Below, piece after piece: positions 38,124-45,595 of a stretch of DNA of 63,751 nt (position 1 is the stretch's first letter; each line of letters begins with the position of its first letter). The notes beneath the pieces are model-generated. The model was not told where the DNA came from and made no database searches. It worked only from the letters and a program-made list of their open reading frames with translations. The stretch is from Candidatus Uhrbacteria bacterium RIFOXYB12_FULL_58_10 (lineage in GTDB: Bacteria; Patescibacteriota; Patescibacteriia; UBA9934; GWF2-40-263), in contig MGFA01000016.1 of NCBI GenBank assembly GCA_001791645.1, forward strand, positions 71,548 through 135,298, given 5' to 3'. A program made the position numbers and the translations under genes.

Positions 38124-41036
38124 CTATTGGGCGAGCTCAGCGAGCTCGACGCGCGTCTTCATGATGCTGGTATCCACGTCATCGCTCTCTGACATATCCT
38201 CACCCGTCTCGAACTTCGAGAAGACGGTGGAGTCGAGATCGATCACGTAATCGGCCCAGGATTCGCCATACAACGTGATGGCAATCTCCTCGGTCGGGAT
38301 CCAGCGCAGCAGGTAGTTGCCATCCGAATCCACGTCGATGGCATACACCTTCGGATCGCTCTGAATCTTCACGAGCGTCACTCCTGGTTGCGGAAGCATC
38401 ACGTCACCGAGCGTCAGGGTCGGAAGCGTCGCGTCCGTGACCCAGACAATATCATCCCATGAGTCAGACCAGGTGAAGAATGTGTTCGTGTCCCAGAACA
38501 CGAAACGTTCGTGGTTCTCATCGACGTAGTACACCGACGACGAACCATTGGTACGAATGAACCATCCCGCAGAGACTTCCGAGATTTCTTGCTCGGAGCC
38601 ATCGAACGGGGATGCACCATACTCACCGGATCCCGGCGCATTATAATGCTCGTCGTTATCGCTCCATTCGGCACCTTCCGTGGTTGTTCCCGCATCTGCC
38701 TCCTCATTACTGGCCGAGGAGGCGACAATGTCAATGGTAACCGTGTCCGTATCAAGCGTCCCCTTTCCTGAATCGTAGGACGTAATCTTTAGAATCGCGT
38801 CCGTTGCGTCGATATCTGGAACGGTCCACGCGTACGAACCGTCGTCTTCGTCCACATTGTACGCGATTTCCGAATACGTCAGACCAGCATTGGTTGAGTA
38901 AGCGAGCGAGATCGTGTCATGGCCAGAACCGGAGGTGGACCATGTCACGGTCACGTCTTCGCCGCCATCCAATGAATCACCGTCATCGGGGTTGCTAAGC
39001 GTAATAACAGCGGTTGTGCTTGTTACTGTGCTCGAACCGCCACCACCGCTGCCACTACCTCCGCAGGAGCGGATAGTGAACGACCATGTGCCATCTTCCG
39101 GACCAGTAGTAAGAAGGGCTTCCGCTGCGGCCGAGGCAATCTCTGCTTCATCGAGCACCATCGTATAGGAGGTGTTGCAATTGAAGTCATTGGAATGAGA
39201 AAGCGTGATTACCTTGTTGCTCGACGACGCGACAGACGACCACGTGGTCGCATCCGGCGTCTGTGCGAACTCCGTTCCCTCCGCGAAGGTCGTGTTCATT
39301 GGCTCGGAGAAGGTCAGAATCACGTCTGCATCCGTCGCAACGGACGTACCGGCGGAAGCAGGACTCGTTGACATCAAGACCGGATCCGCGGCATCCGTAA
39401 TTGCCGGAGACGAAGCTGATGTCAAAGTAACGGTCGCGATTTGGTTAAGGGCAATGTCCCTCATGCCGGCGTTTGCCGTTAATACGACATTCATATCACC
39501 GACCGCCGTATAGGCTGACGTGCAGGTGACCGTAAGGTTGCGGCTTGTTGTTGAGTTCGGAGTAATAGATTCTGCGGTGCATGTTCCATGATTAGCCGCA
39601 GACGTTACGTCGAAACCATTTGCTCCGGCCGACGCGGTCAAAATTGGCTCCGAGAATGTAAGCGCGATGGTTTCGATAATACCATCGAAATCCGTGTCCT
39701 GCACTTCAATCGCTGTTATGGTCGGTGCCGTGGTGTCCGCTGTTTCTGTGACTGTGTTGTTAAGATCAACGAGGTTTGTGTTTGTTGCCATGTCTGTCAC
39801 GGCAAGCGCGTCCACGTCGAGCACGACCGCTCCGGCGTCACCACCGGCCGTACCGGAAATGGCAATGGCTGCAACACGCTGTGCTTCTGTGAGCGTGAAG
39901 GAGAGCGTGGTCGCGTCCGTGTCCGTCGGCGCAACTGTAAGGTTGACGCTATTCGTTTCAGATACGTTGTTAATGTGGAATCCTGACGCGACCGTGGCGC
40001 TGGCGTCGATCGTCTCCGAGAAGGTGACGACGAGCGCGCCGGTGTTGTAGTCGAGGGTCGCGGAGGTGACCGTCGGCTTGGTTGTGTCCGCTGTCTCGGT
40101 CACGACGTTGGCGTCGTCGACCAGGTTGGTGTTGGTGGCCATGTCTGTCACGGCGAGCGCGTCCACGTCGAGGACGACCGCGTCGATCGCGTCGCCGCCG
40201 GCCGTGTTGGAAATGGCGATGGCCGCCACGCGCTGCGCCTCGGTGAGCGTGAAGGTGAGGGTGGTGGCGTCAACGTCGGCCGGGGCCGCGCTGAGCGTCA
40301 CGTCGTCCGCGCCGGTGGCGTCGTTCAGGTGGAATCCTGACGCGACCGTGGCGCTGGCGTCGATCGTCTCCGAGAAGGTGACGACGAGCGCGCCGGTGTT
40401 GTAGTCGAGGGTCGCGGAGGTGACCGTCGGCTTGGTTGTGTCCGCAACCGTAATGGTCGGCAATATGCCAATGGGTCCACTACCACCACCGCCAGAAACG
40501 TCATCGGTGAGAACAGTTACGTCTGATGCTGCCATTACAACCGCCGAAGTACCCTTGTAGGTGAGGGTGATGGTATCTGTACTTGCACATGCTCCCGTGA
40601 CGTCAACCGAAATGAGTTGTCCTAGAGCAGATGAGCTAGCCATTGTAACTGCGCAGGCTCCTCCCGCGCCGACCGCAAACCATTCTCCATCTACGTCAAC
40701 CTCTCCAGCATTTGTTGGAACCGGAGCTCCTCCAGATGCGTGAGGCGCTGTAAAGCCAGCCGGAATATCAAATTTTACATGATCTGCGTCAGTGGCGATT
40801 CCGCTCAGGCCCACTGTCAAAACGATAGTGAAAACGTCTGATACGTTTTGCTCAGCGGTAACGCCCGCTCCTGCACCTTCAACGCCAGGAGAACCTGTCG
40901 TATCCGCGATGGTTGCCGTTCCTTCTCCTACACCGGCTCGAGCAACTTGGTATCCTCCCAAATTGCTTACCAGCACAACCGCGAAGACAAGGGCCAAAAA
41001 ACTTAACGATTTAAATAACGTAGCAGTTTTGGACAT
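38124..41036 (-). CDS. large secreted surface protein with Ig-like tandem repeats
   Basis: The ORF opens at a GTG at 41093. The ATG at 41036 gives the signal-peptide-like MSKTATLFKSLSFLALVFAVVLVS. Thr/Ala/Asp-rich with repeated ADTTKPTVTSATLDYNTGALVVTFSETIDASATV... units. The C-terminal module is shared with 360..1421. Confidence 0.85.
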   Translation of the reverse strand: MSKTATLFKSLSFLALVFAVVLVSNLGGYQVARAGVGEGTATIADTTGSPGVEGAGAGVTAEQNVSDVFTIVLTVGLSGIATDADHVKFDIPAGFTAPHASGGAPVPTNAGEVDVDGEWFAVGAGGACAVTMASSSALGQLISVDVTGACASTDTITLTYKGTSAVVMAASDVTVLTDDVSGGGGSGPIGILPTITVADTTKPTVTSATLDYNTGALVVTFSETIDASATVASGFHLNDATGADDVTLSAAPADVDATTLTFTLTEAQRVAAIAISNTAGGDAIDAVVLDVDALAVTDMATNTNLVDDANVVTETADTTKPTVTSATLDYNTGALVVTFSETIDASATVASGFHINNVSETNSVNLTVAPTDTDATTLSFTLTEAQRVAAIAISGTAGGDAGAVVLDVDALAVTDMATNTNLVDLNNTVTETADTTAPTITAIEVQDTDFDGIIETIALTFSEPILTASAGANGFDVTSAANHGTCTAESITPNSTTSRNLTVTCTSAYTAVGDMNVVLTANAGMRDIALNQIATVTLTSASSPAITDAADPVLMSTSPASAGTSVATDADVILTFSEPMNTTFAEGTEFAQTPDATTWSSVASSSNKVITLSHSNDFNCNTSYTMVLDEAEIASAAAEALLTTGPEDGTWSFTIRSCGGSGSGGGGSSTVTSTTAVITLSNPDDGDSLDGGEDVTVTWSTSGSGHDTISLAYSTNAGLTYSEIAYNVDEDDGSYAWTVPDIDATDAILKITSYDSGKGTLDTDTVTIDIVASSASNEEADAGTTTEGAEWSDNDEHYNAPGSGEYGASPFDGSEQEISEVSAGWFIRTNGSSSVYYVDENHERFVFWDTNTFFTWSDSWDDIVWVTDATLPTLTLGDVMLPQPGVTLVKIQSDPKVYAIDVDSDGNYLLRWIPTEEIAITLYGESWADYVIDLDSTVFSKFETGEDMSESDDVDTSIMKTRVELAELAQ
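39741..40445 (-). repeat. two tandem coding repeat units (354 and 351 bp) containing an exact 117-bp duplication
   Basis: 39975-40091 and 40329-40445 are identical nucleotide for nucleotide. The rest of each unit is clearly homologous but diverged, with different GC. A third, more diverged unit continues below 39740. Confidence 0.9.
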
Positions 41037-41335
41037 AGTAGCGAAACGTTGCCGATGACTTAAGGTTCGAAAAAAACTTTTTATCGTGTGCACGGATAAA
41101 CGGCGAAATTTATCTACGATGCATTACGCACATTATCGTTTATCTGCAACGAACACGCAAGTGAAATCATCCACAGGCATTTTCATCTTCTTCGGAAGAT
41201 TATTTTCTTCGTCCTTCGCGTCGGACAATCGTGCGATGATTAGACCCACACAAATCCACAAAATTTTTTGAAAAAAATCTGTCCACAGATTTTGTCTATG
41301 CCAGAGTAGACAAAAATTTGGACGTCATAAATGAG

Positions 41336-41662
41336 ATGTGGAAAGAGGACCTTGTAGAGCTGAGCGGAATCGGCCTGATGATTGTCCTGATCGCCGCGGC
41401 CTACCTGGTTGGTCATCTCCTGCGCGGCGGGTTCAACCCGACCAAGCGTCTGTTCAACATGTTCTTCATGTGCAGCATCACGGCATTGATCCTGGATGCC
41501 GGGTTAGGGTTCGTGGTCATCGCCGCGACCATTGGCTACCAGCCGTGGCTCATCTGGATGCTGATGCCAGGCGCCATCATCGGTGTTGCCTGTCTGACCA
41601 TGTGCGCGATCCTGGGCGGCATGATGCATGAGACGCACACCACCAACCACGACCCGTCCTGA
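41336..41662 (+). CDS. small membrane protein (3 TM)
   Basis: The ORF opens at a TTG at 41318; the first ATG is at 41336. Hydrophobic, and followed by a canonical terminator. Confidence 0.55.
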   Translation: MWKEDLVELSGIGLMIVLIAAAYLVGHLLRGGFNPTKRLFNMFFMCSITALILDAGLGFVVIAATIGYQPWLIWMLMPGAIIGVACLTMCAILGGMMHETHTTNHDPS

Positions 41663-41679
41663 ACGGGTCTATTTTTTTG
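41651..41679 (+). terminator. intrinsic terminator
   Basis: GACCCGT-CCTGA-ACGGGTC followed by TATTTTTTT. The stop codon lies in the loop. Confidence 0.7.
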
Positions 41680-41685
41680 ATAAAC

Positions 41686-41715
41686 AAATGACCACCCTTG
41701 CGGCGGCCATTTTTG
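41686..41715 (+). repeat. 30-bp imperfect-hairpin element, copy 1
   Basis: AAATGACCACC-CTTG-CGGCGGCCATTTTTG. It matches copy 2 at 26 of 30 positions; only the 4 loop nucleotides differ. Confidence 0.8.
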
Positions 41716-41743
41716 ATATCAATCAGGATTTTCGAGTTTCGGA

Positions 41744-42196
41744 TTACGAACTAGACAGTTCCACACGGCCTCCATCAAACTTGACCATACCAGTCATAAA
41801 CTGTGCATTTGGAAGAAGTTTTGCCACCGCATCCGCTTTATCTGCGAGATGTTCGCTGGCTGCTTTTTGTGCGGGGTCTTCCATGTTCAAGATCCCTTCA
41901 TTATTCACGAGTGAAGTCACCTCATTGCCCCAAACGTCTGCCCATGCGTCAATCGCCGCAATCACATCTGGGTCATTCGGCACTCCTTCGGATTTGTAAA
42001 CGTAACGTGAGGAAAAAGTTGCTTTTCTCTCTATCTTTCCTATCGCTTCCATGCTGTCCGCTATCGCTTCTCGGTCGCCTTCACCTCGATTGCCCATAAT
42101 CATTTTGTTAGTGAATTTTTTATAAGTGTATCCCTTTTGTGGAAAATGTAGCAAATGCGCTACGACAGACGCATGGTTTAATCGCTTCGGAAACAT
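41744..42196 (-). CDS. hypothetical protein (AT-rich gene)
   Basis: 150-aa ORF with alternative ATGs at 42103 and 42097. No motif recognised. Markedly lower GC than the rest of the window. Confidence 0.45.
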   Translation of the reverse strand: MFPKRLNHASVVAHLLHFPQKGYTYKKFTNKMIMGNRGEGDREAIADSMEAIGKIERKATFSSRYVYKSEGVPNDPDVIAAIDAWADVWGNEVTSLVNNEGILNMEDPAQKAASEHLADKADAVAKLLPNAQFMTGMVKFDGGRVELSSS

Positions 42197-42242
42197 ACGG
42201 AATTGTTTTAAATGTGGGTATATGGCTTCAACCTAACGGACG

Positions 42243-42272
42243 CAAAAAAGCCCCTGCGATATGCAGTGGCTT
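42243..42272 (-). terminator. orphan intrinsic terminator-like hairpin
   Basis: Minus strand: AAGCCACTGC-ATATC-GCAGGGGCTT (one mismatch) followed by TTTTTTGCG. No convincing minus-strand gene ends here. Confidence 0.4.
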
Positions 42273-42298
42273 CTTTGGTGACCCCGAGGAGGGTTGTC

Positions 42299-42415
42299 AT
42301 GAACTATCTCAAAATGGCGCGGGAACTCATGCCCGTTATGATGGGATGGAACGGTGGTGCTGTGCTGTTCTTGAAGCGTCCCCGTGCACTCCAGCAAGTT
42401 GCCGTGACGTACTGA
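42299..42415 (+). CDS. possible 38-aa small protein
   Basis: ATG preceded by GAGGAGGG at about 5-nt spacing; reads MNYLKMARELMPVMMGWNGGAVLFLKRPRALQQVAVTY. It is the first of three co-directional short genes. Confidence 0.35.
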   Translation: MNYLKMARELMPVMMGWNGGAVLFLKRPRALQQVAVTY

Positions 42416-42439
42416 ACGGGCGTAAAATGAGGACAGAAT

Positions 42440-42706
42440 ATGAGCTCAACGCCTGAAGACAATCAAATCCCCGACGATGCCAACAACCTTGCAGAGGTCC
42501 TTCACGCCCTCAAGGCCGTTGGTGCCGCGCCAAATCCAGACAAGCCAGAAGGTTCTGTTTTGGGCATCGACGGACAATGGGTAAAGTTAGGTGAAGAGAG
42601 AACAGAATGGGACGAAAGGGCTTGTTATGTCCATCCCGACATCCTCATGAAATGGGCGGAAGAGGACAGACAGGAGGCAGAGCAAAAGAAAAACAACGAT
42701 TTGTGA
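42440..42706 (+). CDS. hypothetical protein (88 aa, acidic)
   Basis: ATG preceded by GAGGA. Its stop overlaps the next gene's start (GTGA). Confidence 0.5.
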   Translation: MSSTPEDNQIPDDANNLAEVLHALKAVGAAPNPDKPEGSVLGIDGQWVKLGEERTEWDERACYVHPDILMKWAEEDRQEAEQKKNNDL

Positions 42707-43110
42707 AAGATATAACAGTCAAAACCCAGTTCGTGGAGCTCCGAGCGCAAGGCGTAAGTTTTGCGTCCATTTCGATGCGCCTCAACGTCTCGAAGGGTAC
42801 GCTCGTCGCGTGGAGCAAGGAGATGAAGGACGAGCTCGGCAACATGCGGCAAATCCAGCTTGAAGCCATGCGGGAGAAGTTTCGCATGGGTTCGGAGCGT
42901 CGCATGGAGCTTTTCGCCAAACAACTCGAAGCCGTCGAAGGCGAGCTCGCCACCCGCCAGCTCAACACCGTGCCGACAGAAAAACTGTTCGACATGCTCG
43001 TGAAGCTCGGCCACGAGCTCAATGCGACCGACGCGCCGCTCACGTTCAAGGAACGACCGAAGGAACTTATACTCGACGACATCGCGCCCATGTCCGTGTG
43101 GGAGGCGTAA
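42703..43110 (+). CDS. putative HTH DNA-binding protein (phage small-terminase/regulator-like)
   Basis: The GTG at 42703 is coupled to the upstream stop. FVELRAQGVSFASISMRLNVSKGTLVAWSKE looks like a helix-turn-helix, followed by a coiled-coil. Confidence 0.5.
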   Translation: MKDITVKTQFVELRAQGVSFASISMRLNVSKGTLVAWSKEMKDELGNMRQIQLEAMREKFRMGSERRMELFAKQLEAVEGELATRQLNTVPTEKLFDMLVKLGHELNATDAPLTFKERPKELILDDIAPMSVWEA

Positions 43111-43133
43111 AAAACAAACCGTTTCTGTACCAA

Positions 43134-43163
43134 AAATGACCACCATCACGGCGGCCATTTTTG
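43134..43163 (+). repeat. 30-bp imperfect-hairpin element, copy 2 (probable terminator of 42703..43110)
   Basis: AAATGACCACC-ATCA-CGGCGGCCATTTTTG followed by GTTGTTG. It has the same two A-C stem mismatches as copy 1. Confidence 0.8.
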
Positions 43164-43174
43164 GTTGTTGGAGA

Positions 43175-43220
43175 TAAAAAGAAGAAGCCCCGCACCGAAG
43201 GCGCACGGGGCGGCTTCTTC
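43175..43220 (-). terminator. intrinsic terminator after 43247..43723
   Basis: Minus strand: GAAGAAGCC(G)CC ... GGGGCTTCTTC stem followed by TTTTTATCTCC. Confidence 0.6.
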
Positions 43221-43246
43221 GGGCGGGGCGACGTGATGCGCGAGGT

Positions 43247-43723
43247 CTATCCGTAGATGGCGTCGTTGACGAGTCCCATCCGCGCCAGCTCGGTGACCGA
43301 GGGGGGTGAGTCGTGCAGCGTGCCGAAGCAGTCCTTGAGCACCTGCGTGAGGGCGTTGAGTCCCTCCTGCGCATCGACGTGCCAGTTGGCGCAGCCGCCG
43401 CGCTGGACATTCGTACCACCCGACATGCCGTCCACTCGCACGATGCTGCCCATGCGGTCGTTGAGCGCCTTCGCCACCTTGAACGGCAGACGCGCGGACG
43501 AGTTGACGCTCCAGTAGCTGTGGCTGCGGGAGAAGGCGATGACCTCCCCGTTCGTGAACCACAGCGCTCCGACGATGGAGGAGCGGAACTCAGGCCTGTG
43601 CTCGCCCTTGAAGGTGGTAGTCAACGCGGGAACTCCAGCGATGAGCAGCTCGTTCTGCGCGGCGGCGTCACGGCCACGCTCGGTCACGTCGAACGGGGTA
43701 AGAAAGAAGGCGTATTTACGCAT
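43247..43723 (-). CDS. hypothetical protein (158 aa), island cargo
   Basis: ATG at 43723 with GAGGAG 8 nt upstream, and its own terminator. GC-rich relative to the neighbouring island genes. No motif recognised. Confidence 0.6.
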   Translation of the reverse strand: MRKYAFFLTPFDVTERGRDAAAQNELLIAGVPALTTTFKGEHRPEFRSSIVGALWFTNGEVIAFSRSHSYWSVNSSARLPFKVAKALNDRMGSIVRVDGMSGGTNVQRGGCANWHVDAQEGLNALTQVLKDCFGTLHDSPPSVTELARMGLVNDAIYG

Positions 43724-43851
43724 GGCTGAGCTCCTCAGGGACATCGGGATGATGTCACCCTGTCGAATATACGACGCTCAAAAATACCACAAAAATGGCA
43801 TTTTGTCAATGGCATCATGCCTATTTTCGTGATAATATGGCCTAAAATCTT

Positions 43852-45513
43852 ATGGAACAGCCCGTCAACGAAATGCAAAGGGTCACGGAACTTGTCGGAC
43901 GCCTTCAAGCCCGTTTTGGTGCAAAAGGAGCAGACGTCACGGGCAGAGCGGAGCGGCTGCGGTACGTCATTTACGTCCGCAAGAGCACGGATTCTGCCGA
44001 TAAACAGCAGCGAACCATCGGTGACCAAATCGCCTCGTGCAAGGAGTACGCCGACCGTTTCGGCTTGCGCTGGACGGAGCTCATCCACGAAGAGGAGTCC
44101 GCGATGGTTTCAGACAGGCGCCCGAAGTTCCGCGCCATGCTGGAGGCCATCCGCGCTGGCACGTTCGACGCCATCCTCGCGTGGGCGCCAGACCGCCTTT
44201 CGCGCAACATGAAGGAGGCGGGCGAGATAATCGATATGCTCGACAAGGGCGACATCAAAGACCTCAAGTTCGCCAACGGGTTCGTGTTCTCGAACGAGCC
44301 GTCTGGTAAGATGCTGCTCGGCATCACGTTCGTCATGGCGAAACAGTACGTTGACCAGCATTCGCTCAATGTCACGAACGCCATCAATCGCAAGACCGCC
44401 GAAGGCAAGTGGGCAGGAAGCCACGCCAAACACGGATATTACAGGAGCGCCGCACATTTCCTGTTGCCCGACGGCGAGAACCACGAGCTCATCAGGGACA
44501 TATTCCGCCTCCGCCTCGAAGGTACGCCGCAGAAGGACATCGCGGCGTACCTTATCGAGCGCGGATATCCCGTCCAGACGCCGCACACCAAGCATCGAGA
44601 ACTCGTCATCGACGACAATTTTGTCTCGGGCATCCTCCATGATTCGTTCTACGTTGGCGCATTGAAGTTCGGCGGGCAGTACGTCAACCTTTTTGAAAAA
44701 TACGATTTCGTCCCCGCCGTCTCCATCGACGGATTCGAGCGGCTTTACGAGAGCGAGGGCGAGAAAATGGGCATCGACCTCAAGAAGATACTCAACCCGC
44801 GCGTGGAAACGAAGGCCGCGCTCATGCGGCAGTTCGTCATTTGCGGGCGGTGCGGGAAGTTCATGTCCACGGGCATTACCAAAGGCAAGTATTATTTCCG
44901 TTGCGACACGCCGAAAAAAGTTTGTTCCATGCACGGCAAGTCCACCCGTGCGAAGGTCGTGCTCGACGCCTTATACGAGTTTCTGGAGCATCACCCGCTC
45001 ACCACCGAGAAGGGATATGCCCGTTACGTCGTCGAGATGGAACGCATCCTTTCAGAGCAGAACAAGGAAATGGAACGGGAGCTGAAGTCGCTCGTGGCAC
45101 AGCGGCAGCACGCCGAGGAGCGCATGGAGGACATGAAGGAGCTCGCGCGCGGCGCGAAGGGCGACAGGGTGCTCGTGAAGGAGTATCAGGCCGACATGAA
45201 GGCAAACCTTGCCAAGGCGAAAGAATTGTCGGAGCAAATCACAATACTCAAATCTCAACGTCTCAACCCGAACGAGGCGATTGCCACGTTCGAGGAGTTT
45301 CATGAACTATTCAAAAATATCGCCAATCTCATACGAAAAATAGACGGCATGGCAGATTTAGATTTCATCATCAGAAAAATCTTCATGAACGTCACCGTTA
45401 CCGACCAAAAAGTCGCTGACATAACACAAAACTCCCCTTTCAGGGAGCTTTGCTTGGACACAGATTCTGTGATGGTGACCCTATGGGGAATCGAACCCCA
45501 GTTTGCTCCGTGA
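43852..45513 (+). CDS. large serine recombinase (resolvase/invertase catalytic domain + recombinase domain + zinc ribbon + coiled-coil)
   Basis: YVIYVRKSTDSADKQQ (catalytic Ser), LAWAPDRLSRN, zinc ribbon CGRCGKF...FRCDTPKKVCSMHG, and a long C-terminal coiled-coil. The last 41 nt overlap the tRNA gene. Confidence 0.92.
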   Translation: MEQPVNEMQRVTELVGRLQARFGAKGADVTGRAERLRYVIYVRKSTDSADKQQRTIGDQIASCKEYADRFGLRWTELIHEEESAMVSDRRPKFRAMLEAIRAGTFDAILAWAPDRLSRNMKEAGEIIDMLDKGDIKDLKFANGFVFSNEPSGKMLLGITFVMAKQYVDQHSLNVTNAINRKTAEGKWAGSHAKHGYYRSAAHFLLPDGENHELIRDIFRLRLEGTPQKDIAAYLIERGYPVQTPHTKHRELVIDDNFVSGILHDSFYVGALKFGGQYVNLFEKYDFVPAVSIDGFERLYESEGEKMGIDLKKILNPRVETKAALMRQFVICGRCGKFMSTGITKGKYYFRCDTPKKVCSMHGKSTRAKVVLDALYEFLEHHPLTTEKGYARYVVEMERILSEQNKEMERELKSLVAQRQHAEERMEDMKELARGAKGDRVLVKEYQADMKANLAKAKELSEQITILKSQRLNPNEAIATFEEFHELFKNIANLIRKIDGMADLDFIIRKIFMNVTVTDQKVADITQNSPFRELCLDTDSVMVTLWGIEPQFAP

Positions 45514-45547
45514 GAGGGAGCCGTCCTAACCGCTAGACGATAGGGCC
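45473..45547 (-). tRNA. tRNA-Glu (anticodon CUC), CCA encoded
   Basis: Hand-folded cloverleaf: acceptor GGCCCTA/TAGGGTC (one G-U pair), D-arm GTCT/GGAC with AGCGGTTA loop, anticodon stem GCTCC/GGAGC with loop CTCTCAC, T-arm TGGGG/CCCCA with TTCGATT loop, discriminator A, then CCA. Confidence 0.9.
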
Positions 45548-45595
45548 GCAATTGGTGGCAAAAGGATACCACCAGGTCGAAAAAGGATCAAGGGT

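Larger units (their letters stand above)
41094..45513 (+). mobile_element. putative integrated element (serine-recombinase island) at tRNA-Glu; left boundary uncertain
   Basis: A large serine recombinase lies at the right end and runs into the tRNA. There is an AT-rich block at 41.7-42.4 kb, short phage-like genes, and the island interrupts ordinary housekeeping flanks (surface protein / murF). Confidence 0.5.

Noticed and set aside
39741-40445. Regularly spaced repeats considered as a possible CRISPR array
   Set aside because: The period is about 354 bp, the repeats lie inside an open reading frame and encode homologous protein units, and there is no short repeat/spacer structure or cas gene.
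41081-41290. Cluster of DnaA-box-like 9-mers in the AT-rich intergenic region (TCATCCACA at 41167, AAATCCACA at 41250, CTGTCCACA at 41279)
   Set aside because: Only one site is 8/9 to TTATCCACA and the others are 7/9. No dnaA or dnaN is nearby and I computed no GC-skew evidence. The region is more simply a divergent promoter or the island-junction region. It could be revisited with a genome-wide skew plot.
45300-45572. 90-aa minus-strand ORF overlapping the tRNA
   Set aside because: It covers the tRNA-Glu gene and the recombinase 3' end, and has no ribosome-binding site or motif. It is spurious.
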